Assembly (NCBI GenBank): GCA_017499595.2
Contig: CM039010.1
Location: 1,736,001-1,800,000 of the forward strand
Source: Psilocybe cubensis
Taxonomy: Eukaryota
DNA: 64,000 bases
Direction of reading: 5' to 3'
Shown here: positions 1 through 10,935 of the stretch, piece after piece
Numbering within the stretch: the first letter of the stretch is position 1
Layout of the letters: the number at the start of each line of letters is the position of its first letter
Translations under genes and position numbers: made by a program
The notes under the pieces: model-generated
The model's database searches: none
The model's input: the letters and a program-made list of their open reading frames with translations, nothing else
What the model was told of the DNA's origin: nothing

Positions 1-113
1 TCGAATTCGGATTTGGAAGTGAACCAATTGGATTTTACATTTTTTAATTCGGATTTTGGCTTGTCAGGCTTGACACCGTCTTGTCAGGCATCTTAGGCAT
101 CCTCCCCTCATCC

Positions 114-137
114 TCGTGTTCGTGTTCGTGTTCGTGT
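114..137. repeat. (TCGTGT)4 microsatellite
   Basis: Four perfect hexamer copies read directly. Confidence 0.9.
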
Positions 138-286
138 TCACGTTGAACGTTCTTTGTTTACCGTTTCCCGTTTACATCGACTGTTGCCGTTGGCTTGATT
201 CTGCTTACTGACCTTCTCGCCTGACGGTTCTCGAGTGGGGTCCCTGCCTGTGGAAACGCGCTTATTCTTTACTCTTTACCGGTGCG

Positions 287-331
287 GTTGCAGTTGCAGT
301 TGCAGTTGCAGTTGCAGTTGCAGTTGCAGTT
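287..331. repeat. (GTTGCA)7 microsatellite
   Basis: Seven perfect hexamer copies plus a partial copy. Explains the CSCSCS run in ORF 235..477. Confidence 0.95.
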
Positions 332-905
332 ACTGTGTTATCCCTGAGGTTGCTCTTGCCGTTACACTCGCGGTTGCACTTTGCGCTTATACACGGCACG
401 GCACACTCCAGGGGCAAAGCTTAAGCTTAAGCTTGATCTTAAGCTTACTCCATTTCTCTTTCTTTATCGAGCTTTAACGTGCTTTATCGAGCTTTTGTTC
501 TTGTTCTTGTACTCCTACCACCGCTTACGCCTGCTACACCTCCTGCGCCTGCGCCTACGCCTCCTACGCATACGCATACGGGCTACTACCTCCTACCTCC
601 TTACCGGTACCGCTTACACCTACGGGCTACTACCTCCTACTCTTACGCCTAGCAGTGGAGCGGACACATCCACCCGCTTCATCCACTTCACCCACCCACC
701 CGCTTCATCCGCTTCATCCACCCACTCGCTTCAGATTCAACACCCACTCGCTACTCCATTCCAACCCCACCCCACCCGTTCAATCCACCCATTAAATCCA
801 CCTATTGAATCCACCTTTTCCCTTTCCCTTTCCCGTTTTGGCTTAGGACACAAAGAAAGAAACAAGAAGCTAGGAGGCAAGGAGAAGCCCATCATACCCA
901 TTACG

Positions 906-2969
906 ATGCCTGGAGTTGTAGATATAGATGTGCGCGCGCGCGGGGTTGCAAGTGTTAGTGTTGGGTCTGGTTTTGAGTTTGCGGCTTCATCTGGGTTTGC
1001 GTCTGCGTCTGGGTTTGCGGCTTCATCTGGGTTTGCGTCGGCGTCGGCGGCTTCATCGGGATTTGCATCGGCGTCGGAAGAGAACAATAACAAGGACGCG
1101 CGAGAGAGAGGGACTGGGACCGGGACTGGCATTGGGAGGAGTAAAGAGAGCAGTTATCGATTTGAAGGGCCGAGTGTTGTGCGCGCGCGGACGGTATCTG
1201 CGCGGACGAGGACGAGGACTAGGACTAGGTCGGGGGGAGAGTCGGATAGGGCGCCCGTGGATAGAGCGCCCGTGCCTGGGTCTGTTTTTGGGTCTGGGTC
1301 TGGGTCTGTTTTGGGGGATTTGGAGTTGGGATCAGCGTTAGATTTGACGAAACGGGAAAAATATACAGAAAGGGAAAAAGGAACAGAAAAAGGAAGAGGA
1401 AGAGAAGGGGAAGAGGAGATAAGAATATCGACGAGCGCTCGAGGCATTGTTCGGGTTGGGGCTGGGGGTGTTCCCACTCCAACTTTGAGTGAAGGTGTGC
1501 CACCACCGCTGCCGCCGAAAACGATATCGTCGACATTGTCCATTGCAACTCCAATTCCAATACCATCATTACCATTACCAACAGCAGCGGCAGCGGCAGC
1601 GGCAACAACTCTAACATTGACATCGACATCGACATCGACGTCGAAAAGCACGATAACACCACCACCACCACCACCGAAAACAACGACGACGACGACGACG
1701 ACTCCAAGCGCGTCTGTACCACCATCCATTACTAGACCGACACATCCACCGACATATACGCCTACATATACGCCTACTCACACCCCTACACATACACATA
1801 CTCTAACGCGTACTCCAACACATACGCCTACGCATACACCTACACCATCAACATCAACAGCGGCAGCGGCAGCGGCAACGGCAGCAACAGCAGCATCATC
1901 AGCAGCAACTGCGACAACAACAGCAAAAGCGAGCACACGCCCGCTAGTGAAAAAACATAGCGCGCGGAATCTTAGTAGGGATAGTATTGCTAGTCCTACT
2001 GGTGCGCGGCCTAAGCTTGGGGGTAGCGTCAGCGCCAGCGCCAACAGCAGCAGTGGTAGCACCAAACTAAACAGGAGTGGTACCAGCGCGGGTCTAAGTA
2101 ACAGCGGCAGCAGCAGCGCGGGGCTAAGTAGATCTGCGACGCAGGTGAAAGATAAGGCGGGGGGTGGGAGACAGCGGTTGACGTTGCCTGCGCCGCCGTT
2201 GAATAGGTATACGGGCGACGGTGAAGAGTTGGTGCCGCCTGTACCGCCATTACCGATAATTGGGAGTGCGAGTGGGAGTGCGGGTGAAAAGAGAGGACAC
2301 GGGCGTGCTGGGCATAATTTGACGCTTAGGATTGATAGTGCGCTTGCGATGGCGAGTGCAACGAATAAGGAGGAAGGGGGGAGTGGGAGTGGGAGTGGGT
2401 TGAGGAGTGCACCGGCGAGGAGTGTGAGGAGGTTGCCTGCTTTGCCGAGTGGACCGCCGTTGCCTACGGCGCCGTTACCTAATGCGGGTGCGGGTGCGGG
2501 GAGGAGGGTGCGGCCTTTGCCGAGTGTGCCGGGGACGTTGGTGTCAGTGAAGGAGTCTGGACATGTGCGGAGTCAGTCTGTGAGGAAGCCGTTGCCCGTG
2601 CCGGTGCCGGTGGTGAGACCGAAAGAGGAGGAAGAGGAAGCGCAGGAGGTTGTTGTGATTAAACAGGAAGAGAGGGATAGTTGGACGCCGGAACTAGAGG
2701 AGGATGAGGAGGATGAGGAAGAGTTGGAGGATTTGGAAGAGGGAGTTGTGCAGCTTGGGAATAGGATTGTCTTGGGGAGGATTTCATCGTCGGTGGAAGG
2801 CGAGGAGGAGAAGGAGGAGGAGAAGGATGAGTATGTGGATTATGGGTGGGTGTTGGCGGATCGGATGATGGGACAGGGTGTAGTCAGCAAGTGGATGCTC
2901 GAGCGTAAAGGAAAGCGGTATACAGAGAGAGATTATGAGAATATTATCCAGGCGCTTAGGTCTCTGTAG
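906..2969 (+). CDS. Intronless low-complexity (Thr/Pro/Ser/Gly/Glu-rich) hypothetical protein, ~687 aa
   Basis: First in-frame ATG of ORF 381..2969 is at 906 (MPGVVDIDV). The protein is mostly disordered, with PxxP motifs, an acidic tract and an ordered-looking C-terminus (KWMLERKGKRYTERDYENIIQALRSL). Confidence 0.7.
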   Translation: MPGVVDIDVRARGVASVSVGSGFEFAASSGFASASGFAASSGFASASAASSGFASASEENNNKDARERGTGTGTGIGRSKESSYRFEGPSVVRARTVSARTRTRTRTRSGGESDRAPVDRAPVPGSVFGSGSGSVLGDLELGSALDLTKREKYTEREKGTEKGRGREGEEEIRISTSARGIVRVGAGGVPTPTLSEGVPPPLPPKTISSTLSIATPIPIPSLPLPTAAAAAAATTLTLTSTSTSTSKSTITPPPPPPKTTTTTTTTPSASVPPSITRPTHPPTYTPTYTPTHTPTHTHTLTRTPTHTPTHTPTPSTSTAAAAAATAATAASSAATATTTAKASTRPLVKKHSARNLSRDSIASPTGARPKLGGSVSASANSSSGSTKLNRSGTSAGLSNSGSSSAGLSRSATQVKDKAGGGRQRLTLPAPPLNRYTGDGEELVPPVPPLPIIGSASGSAGEKRGHGRAGHNLTLRIDSALAMASATNKEEGGSGSGSGLRSAPARSVRRLPALPSGPPLPTAPLPNAGAGAGRRVRPLPSVPGTLVSVKESGHVRSQSVRKPLPVPVPVVRPKEEEEEAQEVVVIKQEERDSWTPELEEDEEDEEELEDLEEGVVQLGNRIVLGRISSSVEGEEEKEEEKDEYVDYGWVLADRMMGQGVVSKWMLERKGKRYTERDYENIIQALRSL

Positions 2970-3115
2970 TTTTACTCTTTTATTTCACATTTTTTATTCG
3001 ATTTTTACATTTTTTTTGATAAGATGCATTTGTTTGGCTCATGTGTGGCACGCGCGCCAAAGTGGGAAAGTAGACTCTTGTCTCCATTCTCCCCCCGTGC
3101 AAGCTCGACCTTTTC

Positions 3116-6100
3116 ATGTCTGGCAAGCCCCCGCCAAAGGGGCCTAGGGCTCTGCTCGGCGGTACCCCAGGCCAGTCCACTTCCTCATCAACCTCAAACC
3201 CTACAACATCATCGACAGCAACGTCAACCACAACCACAAACGCACGACCCCCGCTCCCCATCAATGCTGCGACGGGAAGCAGGATCGGCGCTGTTCCTCC
3301 TACGGGCCCGCGCAGTTTGCAGATGCAGGCTGCCCATTCTAGGTCTGTGTCCTCAAAGCATCCAACGCCAAATGGAACGAATGTGAATGGCGCTCTCAGG
3401 CCTGATCGCCAGCCTGTATCGATGCGCCCGGCGAAAAGACTCGATGCAAGGGTACGTGCTTCTCTTTTTTGATGTTTTCTTCTTCTTGATATTGGGTTTT
3501 TGCGATGTTTATGTCTAGGGAGGGTATGAGGGCGGTGTTAATGGGAGCACTAGCAGGCAGGAGACGACACGCCTGCCGTCCCCTCCGCCTCCACCACCGC
3601 TCGGTCCAACAGGCGAGCTAAAACCTGACCGTCCTGCGCTGCATATCTCGATGCAACCGAAACACCCCGCCCGCGAGCGGCTGCACCTAGGCCACGACAC
3701 ACCTCTCAATCTAAATACCAATTCCAATACACATCCAAATTCAAGTACAAGTTCAAATTCAAGTTCAATACATACACAACCACCACCTCCACCACCACCA
3801 CCACCGACGTACGACCCGCCTCCTCCGCCGCCGCCATCACAGCCTCCACCACCATGTCCCCCTCCTCCAGACGCCGCCAGTGGAAGTGCTGCGCGGGGAC
3901 CACCAGCTGAACCATCTCCACCACCACCTCCATCGTCAACACCACCACCAGCGCCCTCGCCCCCTCCCCCGCCTCCACCACTGCCGCCTACATCTGAGCC
4001 GCCGCCGATCCCGCCTCCTCCTCCGCTTCCTTCTTCGTCTTCGGGGGTAAAAGTGAATGGGAGTGTGAATGCTTCGTCACATTCTCAACCTGCTTTGACT
4101 CGTTCGAATCCTTCTTCGTCGTCGTCGTCGTTTGCTGCGTCGTCTTCTTCTTCTTCTTCGTCGTTACCCCCATCCGCATCCGCTTCGACGTCGACGTCGA
4201 CGCAGCAGCAGCAGCCGCTACCGCAGAGACATGCACTACCGCATAAACCTGTTGTGAGCTCTTTGCCTGCTAGACCTGTTAATGGACGGGATGGACGTGA
4301 TGGGAGGGAGAGGGAGGGGTCGTATCCTAGAGAACGCGATCGGGATGGGAGGGATGGGAGGGATGGGAAAAATAGAGATGGGAGGGATGGGAGAGAAAGA
4401 GAAAGAGAGCGTGATTGGGAGAGGGAGAGGGATGTAAGAGAGAGGGATGTAAGAGAAAGAGAAAGAGACAGAGATGTAAGAGACAGGGAGAGGGAGAGGG
4501 AGAGATACAGACCGACGCGTGGAGAACGTGAACGCGAGCGTGTGGAGCGTGTGGAGGGGTATGAATCTGCGAGTGGGCCTGTTGCGTCTACTTCGCGGTT
4601 AGCTCTACCAGCGCAGTCGCAATCTCAATCTCAATCGCCACAACCACCACCACCACCACCTCCTCCTCCTTCTTCTTCTTCTTCTTCAGAACTACCTCTG
4701 GAGGCACAGACTGAATCGCATTCAATATCAACGTCGTCAAAACCACCAACATCGTCAAAACTTCATTCAGAAACGACAGAAACGGAAAGGACGGAACCAC
4801 AGACAGAAACAGAAACAGAAACAGAAACGCCAAAATTCAAATACGACCCTACGCCCCCGTGGCCCCCGCCCGCATCTGCATATCCGCCCGGTGTGCGCTC
4901 GTGGAAGGTGTTGTATGATCCTGCGGTTGATTCTGGGGTTGGTTCGTCGTCTTCCTCATATTCGTCGTATGGGTCGTATTCGACGTATGGGTCGTATGGG
5001 TCGACTTCGTATGGATCGTATGGGTCGTCGTATGCCTCGACGTCGACGTTTTTGCAGGGTAGTAGTAGTAGCGGTAGCGGTGCTGGTGGGGTAAGTGGAA
5101 GTGGAAGTGGGGTAAATGGCACAGGAGCAGGAACAGGAGGAGGAGGAGGAGGAGGAGGAGGACCAGGACCAGGACCAGGACCTTACAAAACCGCAGCGTA
5201 TTACCGCGCGCTGATTGAGCATGTGAGGAGGTATATGCCTTTTCATGTGCCGTTGTCTGCGCGGTCTTCAGCCTCTGGGGCTGGTGTTGATGAGGGACAG
5301 GGAGGCAAAGAAGGCGGAGGAGGAGAAGGACAGGCGCAGGTACAAGGCGAACCAAGAATACGCGGGAAAGGAAAAGGGAAAGAGGTGCTTGTGCGATATG
5401 AGGGGTGTGTAGTTGGAGATCGGGTTTTTTCTAGTGCCTCTGGTTCCTCTTCCTTTGCTTCTTCTTCCTTTCCTGGTTCCTCTTCCTCCGCTGCGAATCC
5501 GAATGTAGGCGAAGACATTGGAGATGGGGGGATAAGGGAAGAAGAGATTGTACTCCCGCTGCGCGATCCGCGGCTTGATATCCGATTTGGGTTTGGGTTG
5601 GGTTTGGAGGGGGCTGGTAGGAGGCAGGGACAAGGGCAGGGGGGACAGGGACAAGGGCAGGGGGGGTGGAGGCATGTGAGGACGGAGTTTTTGGAGGTGC
5701 GGTATGAGGTGAGTTTTAGAGTTTAGAGGTTTTATTGGGTTTTTTTGGAGGAGGGTTTTTTTTTTTGGGAGGGTTTTGGGAGTTTGGAGGGGTTTTTGTT
5801 TTTGCTTTTTTTTAAAAAAAAATTTTTGTTGTCTTGTGGGTTTGTGGTGTTTTGAATCTTGTGGTGTTTTGGAAGTTTTGGAAGTTTGTGGTGTTTTGTG
5901 GGTTTGAGGGTTTGTGGTGTTTTTTTTTGGGGGGTTTGGAGGGACTTTTTTGCGTGTTTGTGGTGGGTTTGGAGGGTTGGAGTTGGAGGAGTTGAGTGGG
6001 TGGGGGGTTTAATGGTTTGAAGGTTTGGAGATTTGTTGGAGGAGGAGTTGAGTGGGTTGGAAATTGGAGGTTTGGAGGTTTGGGGCTCAAGGTTTTGAAG

Positions 6101-9100
6101 GTTTGGAGGAGTTGGAGGTTGGGGCGGTTTTTGGAGGTTTGGAAATTAGGGGTTTGGAGGTTGGAGGTTTTGAAGGTTTGGAGGTGTTGGAGGTTGGGGC
6201 GGTTTTTGGAGGTTTTGTGGAGGTTTGGGAGGGTTTGAAGGGCTTTTTTTTTTTTTTTTTGGAGGTTTTTGGAATGTTGTGGTTTTTGCAGGTTTTTGGG
6301 TTGTTCGAAGGGGGGTTTTCGGTCTCGGTTTTGGTTTTTGGGAGGAGAGCTCGGAGAGGGACTTGTTTTTTGTGGGTTGTATTTTTGTGGGTTTGGGTGT
6401 GGGTGTGGGTGTGGATTTTGGAAGGGGTTGGAAGTTTGTGGGCTTTGGAGGCGGTGTGTTTTTTGGATTTGAAGGGGTTTAGAAGGCTGAACAGATTTGG
6501 AGAGGGTTCAATGGTTGGATATTTGGAGGATGTTTGAGGATTTGGAAGGTTCGAGGATTCGAAAGGTTTGAGTATTTGGAAGGTTGGAGGATTTGGAGAG
6601 GTTGGAGGATTTGGAAGGTTCGAGGATTTGGAAGATTCAGAAGGTTTGGTGGTTGGAACAAATTGGAAGCGTTCAGAGCGTTGTAGAGGTTGGAAGATGT
6701 TGATTTGTCGGAACTATCGACTTTTTTGCGGGGGTTGGAAGCAGCGTTTCTTTGGAGACGGATTGCGTTTGGAAGAAGGGTTGGGTTGGGTTGGGTTGGG
6801 TGGTTTAGGAGCGTTAGGGGCGTTGGAAGTGTTGGATCTTGTGGTTGCAAGGAATTAGAGGTCGTTGCTCTATTTAGGGAGGGGACTTTTGAGAATAGAA
6901 AAGACAGAGAGAGAGATGGTTGGGAGAACATTTGGATGTTGGATGATTTCATTTGGGAGTTTGAGGGTTTGTACGCGTTTTTCGGTTGGAGGGTTTGGAG
7001 TTTGGGTTTGGATTTGGATCTGTATTGGACGGGGTATCGAGGTTCTTTTTGGGGTGGTGGTGATGTTGTGGTGGTATTCTGGAGGAGGTTGGAGGACGCG
7101 GTTTGAGGACGCAGTGTTTTTGTGGTGGTTCTGTGCGTTTCTGTAGGGATTAATTTGGAGAGAGGATGGATGGTGGCTCATTCGTGATTTTGACGCGTTT
7201 AACGAGCTGTTTTTATATTATGCGGCATCTGGATCGGTCTTCGTGGATAGACGGATGGACAGAATGGAACACGCCCACTCAACATGTCTTTTCCTTTCAC
7301 ACTTTCATTTCTTTCTTTCTTTTGTGCCTTTTTCGTTTTTCTTGTTTTCTTATTTTTATTTTACTTTCTGTTTATTCTGTTTGAGAAACGTTGACATGAC
7401 ATATAACTGACGTCTTGCTTTTCATATTCTATTTCTTCATTCGACACATCCATCCGGCTACTACGAACGCTCTACACTTAAAATCCCACTCTAACTCAAC
7501 CTCAACCTCAACCTCAACTTCCATCCACCCACCGAATCCGTAGTACGACGCCAACTCCACAGGCCCACCCCCACCAACAAGCGTGCTCATCACCGGCATC
7601 GCACCACTAACCCCCAACCCCGCGCTCCGGCGCACACTCGCGCAACACGGCACGCTCGTCTCCTTCGAGCCGCAGATCGACAAAGAGAATGGGAGTGCGC
7701 TTGGTGTGGTGTTTGTCAGGTTTCAGAGCCATGAAGAGGCGAGGCGGTGTGTGGAGAAGGAGAATGGGAGGAGGGGTGGCGTGGCGGGTGTTGGTGGTGT
7801 CGGGATGGGTGGTGTGGGCCAGGGGATGGGGATGGGATTGGGAGGACAGGGAGAGGTGGAAGAGTGGAGAGTTGTGTTTGATGGTGAAGGTCTCAAGCTC
7901 AAAGCGGTCGTGAAAGAGCTCGAGGAGCGGAAGAAGCGGGAGAGGGAGGAGAAGCGCAGGCTTGCGAGCCAGAATCAGTCCCAGTCCCAGTCCCAGTCTC
8001 ATCAGCATCAGACGAACGGGCGTGATGCACCGATGCATACGCATAGTGTTACTGCGCTCCCTTTGCCGCCTGGCCCGATGGCCACGCCGCATTCACATTC
8101 GCATTCGGCGTCGAGGGGCGCGGCGACGCCGTTAAGCAGCAGTGGTACCCCGCATTCGCATTCGCATTCGGTGGCGCAGAGTCCGGTGCCAGGGAAGAGG
8201 TTGCATTCGCATGGGCATGGACATGGCCCCTCGCATTTGAGCAACTCGTTGCCGCCGAAACCTGTTGGTGTGGATGAGCAGCCGAAGCCTGTTGCGCCGC
8301 CTGCGGCGTTGATGAAGGCGCGTGCGGAAGCGGCGCGCGGGGAGAGGGAGAGGGAGAGAGATCGTGATAGAGATAGGGATAGGGATCGAGACCGGGATCG
8401 AGACAGAGACAGGGATAGAGATAGAGATAGAGACAGGGATAGGGAACGAGGACGCGACAGGGACCGCGAACGACCAGAAGAGCGCCGCGGACAAGGCCCG
8501 TACTCGCGGTACAACGCGTCGCGCGGCAAGATGCCCATGATGCCGCTGCGTCGGACACTGTACAAGGCGTCGCCGATGGACGACACGTCGCGCTCGCCGT
8601 CGCCGTCGCGGGGCGGCGCCGAGTCTGGCTTGAGCATGGGGATGGGCGGTGCGTCGTACGGGCAGGACACGATGTCGGCAGATGCCAAGGAGAAGCAGAG
8701 GCAGGAGATCGTGAGGCAGCTTGCGAGTAATGGGTTTGACCATGTGCATATGGAGGGCAGCGCGCAGTTTGTTGGGTCGGTTCCGGACCAGGTCGTCTTT
8801 GAGTTCTTTGCGGGGTTTCCAGTCGACAAGGTGAGTGTTTTGCGCTGTCGAGTTATTTATGTCATACTAAACAAACGCTCTTTCTTTTTTTCTTCTTTGG
8901 TGTAGATTCTGCGCGACCACACGGGTCTCTATGTCACTTTCACAAAGGCGTCTTCGGCACATAGCGCTCGGGCGCTATTGCATGGCAAAAGCCTCGCGTT
9001 CCAAACGACTACGCTGACCGTGCACGCACCGCCCGTCTACGAGCGCGTCGTCGGCAAAACGCACTGGTCCCCTACGGAGCTCGTCGACGAGGCGCAAAAG

Positions 9101-10935
9101 ATCATCGTGAAAGAGCTCAAGGCGCTGCTCGAAAAGGACATCGCGGACCAGCTCGTCACGCGCGATCTGAAGAAGGTGTGGTTTGAGGAGCGTGCAAGGT
9201 TTATGAGTGCCATGGCGGTTAAACCTGAGGTTGCAAAGTCTGCGGATAGGAAGGGGGGGTTGAAGGGGCTGTCGTTTAAGAAGGAGGTGAAGAAGAAGAC
9301 GCCGGAGCCTGAACCTGAACCTGAGCCGGAGCCGGAGCCTGTTCATGAACCTGAACCTGAAATTGAGGAGGAGCAGGTGGAGACCAAGGATGATGAGGAG
9401 ATGGATGTTGATGAAGAGGAAGAGGTTGAGAAGCCCACGAAAAAGAAGAAGAAAAAGTCAGAGGTGGTGAAAAAGCCGAGCCGCAGGATCATCGAGGACG
9501 ACGAGGTCGAGTCTGAAGAAGAGGACGAGGACGATCTGGCGCGTATCGCTGCGTTTACGGCTGAGCAGGCGCGCAAGCGGCTGGTATCAGAGGACCGCGA
9601 CGAAGAGGAGGAGCCTATCAAGAAAAAGCCCCGCGTCGAGACTGTCAAGCCGGCGAAAAAGCAGACGAAAAAATCCAAAAAGGCGCAACAGAAGCAGGCT
9701 GCCGCCGCTGCGGCTGCGGCTGCTGCAGCAGTCGATGCAGTCAGCGAGGTCATCCTGGGCGACGCGGAAGCTTTCGAGTCGCCGACGGTCACCCAACTTC
9801 GTCTGGAGGACTCGTCTGTGACGCCGTCGCGCTCTCCTACGCCTGCCGCGCGACAGCCCAAACGACGAAAACGCCCTTTGTCTCCGCCACCGCCTTCGCC
9901 ACCGCCAGATCCTATCGCACTTGGTCTATGCGAAGACGACGAGGACATGTTCTTTGCCAAACTCGTCTTGTCTGGCGAGTCTCCGAGCGAGGAAACGCCA
10001 CAGCCGCCACCCTCGTCGTCCGACGTGCCTACCTTTCGCAAGCACCTCACTGGCAGCGCGAGAACGGAGGGCTATTATAAGATCACCCACGCGGAAAAGG
10101 CAGCGTATGTCGCGCAGTACCAGGCACGTGCTGCGAACGCGGGCACGGCGCCTCCCGTGGTGGACGAGCCCAAGCCTCAGCACGTCGAGACTTCGCGTGC
10201 GAATCGTGCGAATGCCCGACGCCGTGCCCAGGGTCTAGAGGAGATCAACCAGGTCCAGCGCGCAGTCGCGCTCTCCAAGGGCGAGAACGCCGCGAACGAG
10301 CTCACGTTCAAGTTTAACCAGCTGCAGACGCGCAAGAAGCATCTGCGCTTTGCCCGGTCGCCGATCCATGACTGGGGTTTGTACGCGCTGGAGAAGATTT
10401 CGCGGGGCGAGATGGTGATCGAGTATGTGGGCGAGGTTATTCGGGCCCAGGTCGCGGATAAGCGAGAAAAGGCGTACGAACGGCAGGGTATTGGCAGCAG
10501 TTACCTGTTCCGTATAGACGAAGATCTTGTTGTGGACGCGACGAAGAAGGGAAATCTTGGGTGCGTTTTTTGCTGCTTTTGTCAGCGTGTAAATTTCGTT
10601 TGGCTCCAAAATTCTGACATTTTGTGTTTTGTTTGCGCTTTGTGCTTTTTTCTTCCGATAGGCGTCTGATTAATCATTCTTGTGATCCTAACTGCACTGC
10701 AAAAATCATTACAATCAGCGGGGAGAAAAAGATCGTCATTTACGCGAAGCAAGATATTGAACTCGGTGATGAGATCACCTACGGTGCGTATTCAATATTT
10801 CCATCCCGACTTTCTTCTTTTGTTCATTAAAATTGACCGACCCCCGACATTTTTACAGATTACCACTTCCCCTTCGAGCAGGACAAGATTCCATGCCTGT
10901 GTGGCTCTGCCAAGTGTCGCGGATTTTTGAACTAG
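3116..10935 (+). CDS. SET1: Histone H3K4 methyltransferase Set1 (COMPASS catalytic subunit), 6 exons, ~1888 aa
   Basis: Exons 3116-3451, 3519-5708, 7544-8830, 8906-10560, 10662-10783 and 10859-10935 join in frame over GT-AG introns. Contains an RRM (VLITGI...GVVFVRF), a WIN/N-SET motif (GSARTEGY), a SET domain ([12 protein letters not shown]...EYVGE...[10 protein letters not shown]...EITYDY) and a post-SET domain ([13 protein letters not shown]). Confidence 0.95.
5709..7543 (+). other. 1835-nt SET1 intron 2, G/T-rich and low-complexity
   Basis: GTGAGT donor at 5709 and CGTAG acceptor at 7543. The phase-0 join reads [24 protein letters not shown]. Confidence 0.85.
6778..6800 (+). repeat. (GGGTT)4GGG G-quadruplex-forming motif
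   Basis: Five G3 tracts with 2-nt loops on the sense strand of SET1 intron 2. Confidence 0.8.

Noticed and set aside
381..905. N-terminal 175 codons of ORF 381..2969
   Set aside because: Starts at TTG and reads through microsatellite and pyrimidine-rich DNA that lacks stops by composition. The first ATG is at 906, so this is more likely promoter or 5' UTR.
6091..6628. Direct repeats resembling a CRISPR array, telomeric array or LTR
   Set aside because: Only pairs of degenerate copies, with no regular unique spacers, no TTAGGG tandem run and no LTR or TIR ends.
7165..7290. Higher-complexity island in SET1 intron 2 as a possible snoRNA or poison exon
   Set aside because: No convincing C/D pair, H/ACA double hairpin or donor site by eye. 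An Infernal search would be needed.
5812..7384. Many overlapping 70-160 aa ORFs on both strands
   Set aside because: All lie in the G/T-rich SET1 intron, and the translations are low-complexity compositional artefacts.
8008..10050. Long antisense ORFs (273, 205 and 235 aa) opposite SET1, and similar ones opposite other genes
   Set aside because: Shadow ORFs of GC-rich repetitive coding sequence with no domain features.
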